Assembly: GCA_963674865.2 (NCBI GenBank)
Contig: CAXXYE010000009.1
Coordinates: 1,120,001 to 1,184,000 of the forward strand
Length of the DNA: 64,000 nt
Source of the DNA: Candidatus Hydrogenedentota bacterium
Lineage (GTDB): Bacteria; Hydrogenedentota; Hydrogenedentia; Hydrogenedentales; SLHB01
Direction of reading: 5' to 3'
Below are positions 30,233-39,187 of the stretch, piece by piece (position 1 is the first letter of the stretch; the number at the start of each line of letters is the position of its first letter). The translations under genes were made by a program, and so were the position numbers. The notes beneath the pieces were generated by a model that saw only the letters and a program-made list of their open reading frames with translations, ran no database searches and was not told where the DNA came from.

Positions 30233-31063
30233 TTGAGCGTGCGTAATACGCAGCTCCTTCGGCCCGGCACGATCGAACTGGGCGGCGTGTCCGTCAGCCG
30301 GTTCATTATCGGCGGCAATCCTTTCAGCGGTTTCGCGCATCAAACGCGTGAGCGCGATGAGGAGATGCGTGACTGGTACACAATGGCGCGCGTCAAAGAG
30401 GCCTACCGGCTCGCGGAACAGGCCGGGGTGACGACGCATCTTGGCCGCGCCGACGAGTTTGTCATTCGCGCCCTGCGTGAGTATTGGAATGAGGGCGGGG
30501 CGATCACGTGGATTGCGCAGACATGCCCTAACATCGGGACTATCGAGCACGCGGTCCGCGTCGCGCACCGGAATAGGGCCAAGTGTTGTTTTGTCCACGG
30601 CGGGGAGATGGATCGGCGTGTGGCCGCGGGCGAAACGCGGCCGGTGATCGACGCGGTGCGCCTCATCAAAGAGTTGGGCATGGCCGCCGGCGTGGCGGGC
30701 CACACTACGGCCACCATCCGCTGGGCCGTCGAGCACCTTGATGTCGACTTCTTCATGACCTCCTACTACAATCCCGACGATCGCACCAAGCAGGTCGAAC
30801 GGGACTACGCCAAGAGGGAGTACTATGGCGCTGAGCAACGTGAGGCTATGTGCGCCCTCATTCAGGAGCTACCGGCTCCGGCTATCCACTACAAAGTGCT
30901 CGCGGCAGGCAGGAATAGTCCTGAGGAGGCGTTTGAGTACGTCGCCGAAGCGTACCGGCCGGGCGATGCGGTGTGTGTTGGGATCTTCACGAAAGACAAG
31001 CCGGATATGATCCGAGAGGATATCCAGCTCCTGGAGGCGGCATTACGCGCACGCGGCAAGTAG
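30233..31063 (+). CDS. Conserved hypothetical TIM-barrel (aldo/keto-reductase-like) protein
   Basis: VSRFIIGGNPFSG, GVAGH, YKVLAAGR, EAFEYV. Confidence 0.6.
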   Translation: MSVRNTQLLRPGTIELGGVSVSRFIIGGNPFSGFAHQTRERDEEMRDWYTMARVKEAYRLAEQAGVTTHLGRADEFVIRALREYWNEGGAITWIAQTCPNIGTIEHAVRVAHRNRAKCCFVHGGEMDRRVAAGETRPVIDAVRLIKELGMAAGVAGHTTATIRWAVEHLDVDFFMTSYYNPDDRTKQVERDYAKREYYGAEQREAMCALIQELPAPAIHYKVLAAGRNSPEEAFEYVAEAYRPGDAVCVGIFTKDKPDMIREDIQLLEAALRARGK

Positions 31064-31090
31064 GGCTCGGCTAGGCGCTTGTTTCGTCGA

Positions 31091-32623
31091 TCAGCCGGGC
31101 AGGTCTTCCGCCTTCCATGGCCCTTCGCGCTCTTTGTGGCGGGTGAACACGCTGAGGAATCCGCTCGTGAGGAACATGACAAGCATCCAGCCCATGCCGA
31201 TCATCAACAGCGCCTGGACGGGATATCCCTCGTAAGGTTTCGTGAGGTCCTCGATTACGCTCCAGGCCAGGATAATCGCGAGAACCGACGGCGATACGAA
31301 CTTCACCGACCACTCCCACCAGATATCCCAGGCCTTCGAATACCCGCCCTCGCTTGCGTCGCTCAGGTGGAAGTGCATCTTGTCGATGCCGTAGTACCAC
31401 GCCACGAGTACGCACTCCAGCAAGCCCACCAGTAGCAGACCGTAGGTATCAATGAAGTGGCCGAGAATGTCGAGCCAATACAATCCCGCGCCTGACGTGA
31501 AGATGATGCTGCCGCCCATGCCAAGCAGACAGCACGCGGATACCACTCTTGAACGCCGCCAGCCGAACTTGTCCATGGCGGCGGCGGCAAATGCTTCGAG
31601 GATTGAGATAGCCGAGGTCAGCCCCGCGAGCACGAGCGTGAGGAAGAAGAGGAATCCGAACAGCCCTTTCATGGCCGGGAGCATTGATATCGCCTGCGGG
31701 TAGACGACGAAGCAGAGTCCCGGGCCGCTCTTAACGACATCGGCAACATCCATGCCCTCCTTCGCATGAGCCATGAAGCCGAGGACGCTGAACACGGCGA
31801 TCCCCGCGAAAATGGAATACGAGCAGTTCACGATGCAGGTAGTGAAAGCATTCCGCACGAGGTTGGTCTTCGGGGGGAGGTAACTTGCGTAGGCGATCAT
31901 GATGCCGAATCCGATCGACAGTGAGAAAAAGATCTGGCCAAAGGCATCCCGCCATACGTTGATATCCGCAAGCTTCTGCCAGTCGGGATGCATGTACTGG
32001 CGGAGTCCCTCACCGGCCCCTTCGAGGGTCAGTCCCCAGAGCACAAGCACCACCGTGAGCACGAGCAATAGGGGCATGAAGATCTTACAGGCCAGCTCAA
32101 TCCCTCTGTCAATTCGCCGCACGCAGATTATCCACATGACTACCCAGATGACAACCGTCATGAGCAGAATGTTGAGTTGCAGCGGGCCGATCTCAAGAAC
32201 GCCGCCGCTCAAGTGCAAGAAGTTGTTGAGGAAGAAGTCCTCGGTGTTTGCCCCCCAGGGAAACGTGCCTTGCAGGCTGAAGAGCATGTACTGGGCGCAC
32301 CACGCAATGACGACTACATAGAAGAGGTCAATGCCGAACATTACGAATAGAACGGGATACCAGCCCAGCCATTCCCACTGCTTGTTGACTTGGTGCATGC
32401 ACTTCGGAGCCGAAGCGCGCATCTTGTGGCCGATAGCGAACTCGAGAATCATCACGGGGATGCCCGTCGTGAGGAGCGCGACAAGGTAAGGCACTAAGAA
32501 CGTGCCCCCGCCGTTCTTATGGCACAGATAACTGAACCGCCAGATGTTTCCTAATCCGATGGCGGAGCCAATGGCCGCGAGCAAGAAGCCGAAGTTACTT
32601 TTCCATGCGTCTCGCGGTTCCAT
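31091..32623 (-). CDS. Sodium-dependent transporter (NSS/SNF family)
   Basis: IGSAIGLGNIWRF, NGGGTFLVPY, QIFFSLSIGFG, SGPGL.F. Confidence 0.93.
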   Translation of the reverse strand: MEPRDAWKSNFGFLLAAIGSAIGLGNIWRFSYLCHKNGGGTFLVPYLVALLTTGIPVMILEFAIGHKMRASAPKCMHQVNKQWEWLGWYPVLFVMFGIDLFYVVVIAWCAQYMLFSLQGTFPWGANTEDFFLNNFLHLSGGVLEIGPLQLNILLMTVVIWVVMWIICVRRIDRGIELACKIFMPLLLVLTVVLVLWGLTLEGAGEGLRQYMHPDWQKLADINVWRDAFGQIFFSLSIGFGIMIAYASYLPPKTNLVRNAFTTCIVNCSYSIFAGIAVFSVLGFMAHAKEGMDVADVVKSGPGLCFVVYPQAISMLPAMKGLFGFLFFLTLVLAGLTSAISILEAFAAAAMDKFGWRRSRVVSACCLLGMGGSIIFTSGAGLYWLDILGHFIDTYGLLLVGLLECVLVAWYYGIDKMHFHLSDASEGGYSKAWDIWWEWSVKFVSPSVLAIILAWSVIEDLTKPYEGYPVQALLMIGMGWMLVMFLTSGFLSVFTRHKEREGPWKAEDLPG

Positions 32624-32824
32624 CCTTGTCCCTTTTCAAGCTGCGGCGTACACCGCCCCCTTGGCGTTGCTTGCGAACCTGGAAGACTGTTCTCGCCGCT
32701 TCACGCGAATAGCAGGAGAGCCATAGAACGGCGCAGGGGAAACGTGTTGCCTCCTTGCGGGGCGCGACGCGACACACCTGTCTCCGGCTGCGGAGAGCGG
32801 GCTCCCCATGTGACACCGGCGCTG

Positions 32825-34282
32825 CTACGGTACGGGCTGAGCGCCGCGGATATTACGCTCCACTTGCTGCTTAAGCTGGGCCACCAGATCCCGGTAGCCG
32901 TTGTTGACAAGGCCCTGAAGCGCCTCGCGGTCCAACTGCTTCGTGTCCAAGCCCGCCACTTTGCGGGGATCCACCGCGAACCCGGTTCCACTCAGCGACT
33001 GAGCATTGCGGACAAGGTCGGTCTTGAGTTCCTTCATGCGATAGGCGACATTCTTCAGGCCGGTTCGGGCCTCCTTCGCCAAGTCATCAAATTCCGCGGT
33101 GACCCCGCCGTAGAGCTTCTCGGCTTCGAGGAGCAGTTCAACTGCTCTGGTGTAGCTTCCTCGGTGGGACTCATCATCGGCCTGAGTCTGAAGCTCCTCG
33201 GCCTGCTTGAGCGCGTCACGGGTCTTCTCGAGGCGTGACTGTCGCTCTGCGATGGCCCCCTCGGCCTGAAACAGCTTCTCCGTCGCCACCTCGTTCAGTT
33301 GGTCCACATTTCGGGCCTCTTCATAGGCGTCACGGGCCTTGTCAAGGTCGCCGGAAGTCCTGAAGCCGTCACCCAAGCCGATATAGTACCGTGCCACCTT
33401 CTCCCGAATGTCTCGCCGCTGCGGCGTCATGGCCAGTACGCGCTTGTATTCAGCCACGGCGCGCTCATGCTCGCCCACTTCGAAGAAGGTGTCGCCGATC
33501 CGCTCCCTCATCTCCGGAGACTGGACGCCTAGGGCGTCGAGCCGCGCATAGGTTGCGTCCGTTTCCTGCCTATTGCCCCGTTTGATGTAGAACTCAAGGG
33601 CGTTGAGAATGTAGTCTCGGATCTCCCCTTCGGAGATGTTTGCCACAAGTACGTCGCCCGTGATCACGCTGTACCAGACGTCGGCAACGGCTGCTACGGA
33701 GCGGCTTGCGTCCTCTTTCAGAGAGGCTTGGGCCACGCCGCGGAATCCTATGCCGTCCTGATAGTCCGATTCGATGGCCGTCGTCCGCCTTTGGATAATC
33801 CGAGCCAGTCCGGCAAAGTAGGTAGTCGGCTCGATGGCGCGGCGCCGTCCCGGGGCGAGAATAGTCCGATTGATATGTCTGTCGACGTCGCCCTCATAGG
33901 CCTCCCGGTAACGGGCACGACTGACCCTCATGGGCCCCGTGGCTTGGGCGACGAAGGCGCCCAAGACACCTAGACGGTATGCGAAATAGGGGTCGATCCT
34001 ATCAGTCTGTACGGATTGGAGAAGGTACATCTCTGTCGCGATCGCCTTCGCCGGGTCATCTGAAAGGACCGCAAAGATCGTTGCCACGGTCTCCGGACTT
34101 GCCGATGCCCCGGCCATTACGTCACGCTCCAGACTGCGCAGATCGATTGTGCCCTCTTTCGCAAGGATGCGTGATGCCGTCGTTACGATGGCCACACGTG
34201 CCTTCGGCCCCCAGGCAAGAGCCGGAAATGCCAACGACCATACCAACGTGATTACCGCCGCGGAGCGAATTGAGTTTTTCAT
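32825..34282 (-). CDS. Secreted TPR protein with a degenerate S1/P1-nuclease- or Zn-PLC-like N-terminal domain
   Basis: Signal peptide ending ALA followed by WGPK; helical domain; TPRs and coiled coil. ATGA-coupled to the upstream gene. Confidence 0.55.
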   Translation of the reverse strand: MKNSIRSAAVITLVWSLAFPALAWGPKARVAIVTTASRILAKEGTIDLRSLERDVMAGASASPETVATIFAVLSDDPAKAIATEMYLLQSVQTDRIDPYFAYRLGVLGAFVAQATGPMRVSRARYREAYEGDVDRHINRTILAPGRRRAIEPTTYFAGLARIIQRRTTAIESDYQDGIGFRGVAQASLKEDASRSVAAVADVWYSVITGDVLVANISEGEIRDYILNALEFYIKRGNRQETDATYARLDALGVQSPEMRERIGDTFFEVGEHERAVAEYKRVLAMTPQRRDIREKVARYYIGLGDGFRTSGDLDKARDAYEEARNVDQLNEVATEKLFQAEGAIAERQSRLEKTRDALKQAEELQTQADDESHRGSYTRAVELLLEAEKLYGGVTAEFDDLAKEARTGLKNVAYRMKELKTDLVRNAQSLSGTGFAVDPRKVAGLDTKQLDREALQGLVNNGYRDLVAQLKQQVERNIRGAQPVP

Positions 34283-35889
34283 GACATCGCTCCTCCTACA
34301 GCGCCGCCGGATACTCCGGAGGCGGGTTCCTCCCCGCCCAAGGTCTGTCTGAGTTGACGCACGACTATGTCCACTTCCGCCGTGTGCGAACCCTCCGCGT
34401 CAGGATCCGCCAGTTCCAGGTAACGTTCCAGCTCACGGAGCCCTTCCGTGAACATTTCGCGTCGCATGTAGAGGAGCCCGTTTTCAAGATGCGCCGCCGC
34501 GTAAGAGGGGTCGGCCTGGATTGCCCGGCGGAACGCTTCCTGCGCGGCGCCGTCATCTCCAGACAAGGCTTCGAGGCGCCCGCGTAATGTGTAGAGCACG
34601 GCCCCCTTTGCCCCGAGCTGGACCGCCCTGTCAAGCATGTCTCGCGCGTGCGTGAGATCTCCGGGCGATGGAATACCGCCGTGGCCGATGTATCCGAGCG
34701 CTGCCTGGACGGCGGCCTCCGCCGCATGATCGCCTCCGTCCCTCGAAATGGCTTCGAACGTCGAACGCGCCTCTTCATATTGCCCTAGCGCTTGCAGGCA
34801 GAGGCCGTGCAAGAAACGCGCAAGATTGTTGTTCCTGCTTGCCGTCACCGCCTGGCGCAAATAGGTTTCGGCGTCCTCATAGCGACCCTCGGCCACGAGT
34901 AGCGCTCCCAAACGCGTCAGGACAGCGGCATTGATGGACGTGCCGCCGTCCGCCGCCGCCTGAAGTGCTTCGACGGCTGCGTCTGTCTCGCCCTGGAGGC
35001 AGGCTACAAAGCCGCGCGCAGCCTGGAGATCGCTTGAATCGGGCTCCGTTTCGAGGGCCATGCCCAGCTCCCGCGCAGCGCCCTCAACATTGCCTCGCAA
35101 GGCAAATGCGATTCCCAGATTCTTGCGGGCCTCAATATTCGACGGGTCCCTTTGGACCATCTCCTCCAACGTCTCAACTTGTCCGTTGACGTCATCGTTC
35201 GCGCCCTGTGAGAGCGCCAGAAGAAGTTGGGCGCTTTTGTTATCCGGGAATTCCTTTGTCACGCGGTTCAGAATGCCGATTTGGCGGGTCCTGGCCGTGC
35301 GATCGCCAAGTGTTGCCAGGCATTGAACGGCCATCATCGCCGCGTGGATGTCCTTCGGGCGGCGGCTTAACACCTCCTCGAAAGAGGCCGCCGCGTTGGT
35401 GAACTGATTGGAGCGCCACTGCAACTTGCCCAGTTCAAACCAGGCATCCGCATCGTTCGGGCGCTTGGACACGTGCGACCTCAGCACGTCTATGGCCTCG
35501 TTGAAGCGGCCTGCATCGCTCAACTCCTCCGCTTTCTTCAGTGGATCGCGCGTAGCCTTGTAGAAGAGAATGCCCAGCAGTAGGGCAACGACGACGGCAG
35601 CGATCACCGCCCCGATGAGCCATGGCAGCATCTGCCGTTTTCCGCGAGATTCGCCACGTTCCTCTTCGGTGACCTTCTGGCCTGTAAGCAGATTCGTGCC
35701 GCACGCGACACAGATAATATCTCCATCCTGCACCAAGGCATGGCAGTTTGGGCAGGTTTGGCGCTGCCCCGCCGCCTCCTTGGCTTGCCCTTCCGGCTTC
35801 CGCAGCAGGTATCCGCCGCAATGCGGACAGTTTTCGAGCTTCGGGTCCGCGAGCTTGCCGCAATAGGGACAGTTAATCATGCTAGCCAT
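34279..35889 (-). CDS. Double zinc-ribbon, single-TM, TPR-repeat protein
   Basis: CPYC..CPHC and CPNC..CVAC; TM LPWLIGAVIAAVVVALLLGILF; many TPRs. Confidence 0.8.
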   Translation of the reverse strand: MASMINCPYCGKLADPKLENCPHCGGYLLRKPEGQAKEAAGQRQTCPNCHALVQDGDIICVACGTNLLTGQKVTEEERGESRGKRQMLPWLIGAVIAAVVVALLLGILFYKATRDPLKKAEELSDAGRFNEAIDVLRSHVSKRPNDADAWFELGKLQWRSNQFTNAAASFEEVLSRRPKDIHAAMMAVQCLATLGDRTARTRQIGILNRVTKEFPDNKSAQLLLALSQGANDDVNGQVETLEEMVQRDPSNIEARKNLGIAFALRGNVEGAARELGMALETEPDSSDLQAARGFVACLQGETDAAVEALQAAADGGTSINAAVLTRLGALLVAEGRYEDAETYLRQAVTASRNNNLARFLHGLCLQALGQYEEARSTFEAISRDGGDHAAEAAVQAALGYIGHGGIPSPGDLTHARDMLDRAVQLGAKGAVLYTLRGRLEALSGDDGAAQEAFRRAIQADPSYAAAHLENGLLYMRREMFTEGLRELERYLELADPDAEGSHTAEVDIVVRQLRQTLGGEEPASGVSGGAVGGAMS

Positions 35890-36317
35890 ATGAAGTTACC
35901 ACCCTTTCCTTGGACTCTCGTGGCCAGCCGACCGAACAGCAAGGATCCGTCCCACCTGCCCGCGTGTAAGCTGAACCTCCATAAGCCCGCCGAACCTTCG
36001 CACGCCATCCTCACCTGCTGCGTGGCTCGGGCCTGGCGGCCGAGCAAATACTCCGCCCGCCGTAGCCCTCCCCGGCAAACCCTAATTGTCATCCGAAAAC
36101 AATGTGCCGCACTTCACACATCGCGTCGCGTCCAGTCTGTTTCTTGCCCCGCACTGCGGACACTTCTTGCGAAACAGTGAGGGCAGACTCACTAACGTCA
36201 GCAACGCAATTACACCAAGCATTATTGCAAGGTATAGATTCGCCGGCACCACCCATTTCTCCGCGCATGTGAATGACCCATTCTGCGCAGCAACCTGTTA
36301 CCAGCATTATACCTTAG

Positions 36318-36346
36318 ATTCTAGGAATCCAGGCCGACTCTGTCAA
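36318..36346 (-). promoter_or_regulatory. sigma70-type promoter pointing toward the zinc-ribbon/TPR operon
   Basis: Minus strand TTGACA-17 bp-TAGAAT, with an extra TATAAT at 36306-36311. Confidence 0.7.
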
Positions 36347-36434
36347 AAAGCGTCTTCCTGGGCATCTGTTTGGCGGGCAATACCTTGTCACGCTCCCGGC
36401 CTTGCCTTTTCCGGAACGACGCTCATGCCCGCGC

Positions 36435-37742
36435 TCAGTCGTCCTCGAAGAGGTCGCTGTGGCCTTTCTTGCGGAGCAAGAAGGTGAGACACAGACTTAT
36501 TAGCGTGGCCGCCGCGGACAGGGCGAACGTCAGTTCGTACGAAAGTGTGCGGGCCAGGATCCCCGCAAGAATTGGCGCGCACACCAGCGGGGCGCTCAGC
36601 GTGTTTACGAAAGCGACGTAGGTGGGGCGGCGTTTAGGCGGCGATATCGCCAGCAGATACACCATGTTCCCGATCCCGGCGCCATTGATCGCGGCCGTGC
36701 CGCAGCCAAACATGATGATGTAGGCCCAGAGGTAGTGCGTCTTAACCAGAGCCGCCGTGGCGGTGTGCCGTAGCATCCCTGCCAGTAGCAGCGCCATGAG
36801 CGGCGACGCGAAATTGATGACCGCCGACCATTTCAGCAGCGCTACCTCGCCGCGGCGTTGGGAGAGATGTCCCCAGACGACGCTCGATACGCCCGCGGCC
36901 AACATGACCACCGCGCTGAACCAGCCCGTCAGCCGGTAGGGCGCTCCCATGTGTTCCACCGCATATGGGACGAACAGTACCTGGGACATCGTGCCCAATG
37001 CCCAGAAGCATTTGTAGAGATAGAACCAGCGGTAGTTTGCATCGTGGCGGAAGATGGTTGGGCCCCGCCTCAGGAATGTCAAGAAGGGCACGCGGGCCGC
37101 GGCGACGGGCTCTACGGGCTCGCGTACCGCTGTAAACATCGCGTAGGCCAGGCCCGACACCGCCGCTGCGCACGCCACCAATAGAGCGTATTGACGGGTG
37201 GTTGGAGTACCATCCTTCGCCGCGAGAAAGTGATGCACCATAAGGCCGGCGAAGAAACCCAGCACGCCCCCAATCAGGCGCCGGTAAGCGAATAGCACGG
37301 ACCTCCTCTTCTGCGGGATGGTCTTGCCAACGATATCCATGAACGGCACTCCGCAGACGCCCCCAGCGCTCGAATATGCCGCAACGAGGAGGAGTATCAG
37401 CCAGAACAGTGGGCGTGCGCCGCCGTGCCAGGAGAAGAGCAGCAGCGTCAGAGCGATAAGGGAGGCCAAGCGGACAACTGCCGTGTAAACGTAGACGGGT
37501 TTCTTGCGCTCGACGTGCTCCACCAGGCTCCCCACGATCAACTGAGGCCACAACCAGCCCATGGCCATCATGCTGGAGAGCATCCCCCCGTAGACGGTGG
37601 AGCCCGTCAACTGATGTGCGAGCCCGACAAGTACCGTGTCCCCTGCGATAAAGGCATTGCCGGCAGAGGCAAGAGCGCCGTTGCCCACCGTCATCCAGAA
37701 GTTCCAGTTTCCGTGCGCGCGCTCTGTTTCTGGTTGCGTCAC
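36435..37742 (-). CDS. MFS transporter
   Basis: About 12 hydrophobic helices, DIVGKTIP..RR, PPKRRPTY. GTG at 37742 chosen to avoid overlap with the HAD gene. Confidence 0.8.
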   Translation of the reverse strand: MTQPETERAHGNWNFWMTVGNGALASAGNAFIAGDTVLVGLAHQLTGSTVYGGMLSSMMAMGWLWPQLIVGSLVEHVERKKPVYVYTAVVRLASLIALTLLLFSWHGGARPLFWLILLLVAAYSSAGGVCGVPFMDIVGKTIPQKRRSVLFAYRRLIGGVLGFFAGLMVHHFLAAKDGTPTTRQYALLVACAAAVSGLAYAMFTAVREPVEPVAAARVPFLTFLRRGPTIFRHDANYRWFYLYKCFWALGTMSQVLFVPYAVEHMGAPYRLTGWFSAVVMLAAGVSSVVWGHLSQRRGEVALLKWSAVINFASPLMALLLAGMLRHTATAALVKTHYLWAYIIMFGCGTAAINGAGIGNMVYLLAISPPKRRPTYVAFVNTLSAPLVCAPILAGILARTLSYELTFALSAAATLISLCLTFLLRKKGHSDLFEDD

Positions 37743-37780
37743 TGCCTTACACCCAAGAATCCTGTCTGTCGGCGCCGCGG

Positions 37781-38443
37781 CTATTCCGAGGCGGGGCCAT
37801 TGCTGTGCGAGAGGATGTACTGAGTCGCTTCCGGGAGGCCGTGGAACACAGCCTCGGGCTTCAGGGACACCAATTCCTGTTCGGTTGCGTAGCCGGTGCT
37901 TACGCAGACGCAACGCGTGCCGGCGGCCCGAGCGGCCAGAACATCGAATCGCGTATCCCCGACGACGAGGCCCTCCTCCGGCTTCGCGCCCAGCAGGTCG
38001 AGCGCCTTGAGCACGGCCTCCGGGTGCGGCTTGGGATGCGTCACCTCACTTGGGCTGATCCGCGCCTCGAAGGCACTGAGCACGCCCAGGTGCGCCAAGG
38101 TAAGTTCCGCGCGATCGCGGCCCTTTGATGTCGCGAAGCCGAGCCTGAGCCCGTGTGTCCGTAGCTGATGCAGCGATTCCTTCGCACCGGGCAGGAGCTG
38201 TGTCTTGTCGCGCGCCACGGTGAGGTTGTGTGCCCTATAGATATGTGCACAGTCCTCGGGATCATGCTTCGTGAAGAGCCTGAACTGATCCTCGATGACG
38301 TGGCCGATGCTCTTCACGATATCCGCGCGCGCCGGGGGCGGTTCGCCTATTACCGCGAACGTGTGCAGGAACGAGGCCACAATGGCCTCCGTCGCGTCGA
38401 TGAGCGTGCCGTCGAGATCAAATACTACCGCTTTGAGCATCAC
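37781..38443 (-). CDS. HAD-family phosphatase (Gph/PpaX-like)
   Basis: FDLDGTL, ATSK, KPHPE, VGDT.FD. Confidence 0.9.
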   Translation of the reverse strand: MMLKAVVFDLDGTLIDATEAIVASFLHTFAVIGEPPPARADIVKSIGHVIEDQFRLFTKHDPEDCAHIYRAHNLTVARDKTQLLPGAKESLHQLRTHGLRLGFATSKGRDRAELTLAHLGVLSAFEARISPSEVTHPKPHPEAVLKALDLLGAKPEEGLVVGDTRFDVLAARAAGTRCVCVSTGYATEQELVSLKPEAVFHGLPEATQYILSHSNGPASE

Positions 38444-38499
38444 TTACGGGCGGAAGGCGCAGTGCCCCGTCCCCTTTCTCGCAGTCCGGCGCCCGGATC

Positions 38500-39114
38500 T
38501 CATCGAATCCGAACACGCCCGCTCTCGACGTGTATCCGCCCTTCGGCAAACAGTTGAATGGCCTGTGGATACAACTCGCGCTCCTTCGCTTGAACCCGCT
38601 CAGCCAGAGAGTCGGGCGTGTCGTCTTCCTCGACGGGAACGGCTCCCTGGAGGATGATCGGCCCGTTGTCATACTGGGCGTCCACGAAGTGTACGGTGGC
38701 TCCCGTTACCTTGACGCCGGTTTCGAGCACGGCCTCGTGGACATGGTGGCCGTACATACCTTTGCCTCCGAATGCGGGAAGCAGCGCCGGGTGGACGTTC
38801 ATTATCCGGTTCGCGAACTCGCCCGGTATTTCAAGCAGGCTCATGAAGCCTGCCAGAATGATGAGGTCCACGTTGTGAGATCGGATCTCACGCCAGAGCG
38901 CTTCGTTGAATGAGGCACTGTCCTTGTACTCCTTGCGCGCCACGGCGATAGCCGTGATCCCGTGCTTGCGCGCGCGTTCCAGCCCGTAGGCATCGGCTCT
39001 GGAGCTGATTACGCAGCGGATCTCCGCATCGAGGTCGCCGCGTTCAACGTTGTCAATGATGTTCTGGAGGGTGGTTCCGCTTCCCGACAAGAGCACCGCA
39101 AGCTTCACCGCCAT
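38500..39114 (-). CDS. purN: Phosphoribosylglycinamide formyltransferase
   Basis: SGSGTTLQ, LAGFM, NVHPALLP.FGG.G, GATVHFV, YDNGPII. Confidence 0.96.
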   Translation of the reverse strand: MAVKLAVLLSGSGTTLQNIIDNVERGDLDAEIRCVISSRADAYGLERARKHGITAIAVARKEYKDSASFNEALWREIRSHNVDLIILAGFMSLLEIPGEFANRIMNVHPALLPAFGGKGMYGHHVHEAVLETGVKVTGATVHFVDAQYDNGPIILQGAVPVEEDDTPDSLAERVQAKERELYPQAIQLFAEGRIHVESGRVRIR

Positions 39115-39187
39115 GATCCGCTCCTCCCCTGGCCTTGAATCTGTACCGGCAGTGTATCCAACGTTACCTGGTTTTCCAAGCCGCCTA

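Noticed and set aside
28245..30233. 662-aa minus-strand ORF (also 47598-49235, 14695-16098, 4764-5840, 40796-41869)
   Set aside because: Shadow ORFs overlapping well-supported genes; expected from GC-rich codon bias; no motifs
36060..36110. GGCAAACC as a c-di-GMP-I riboswitch
   Set aside because: Wrong orientation for the downstream gene, and the second conserved stem is not evident
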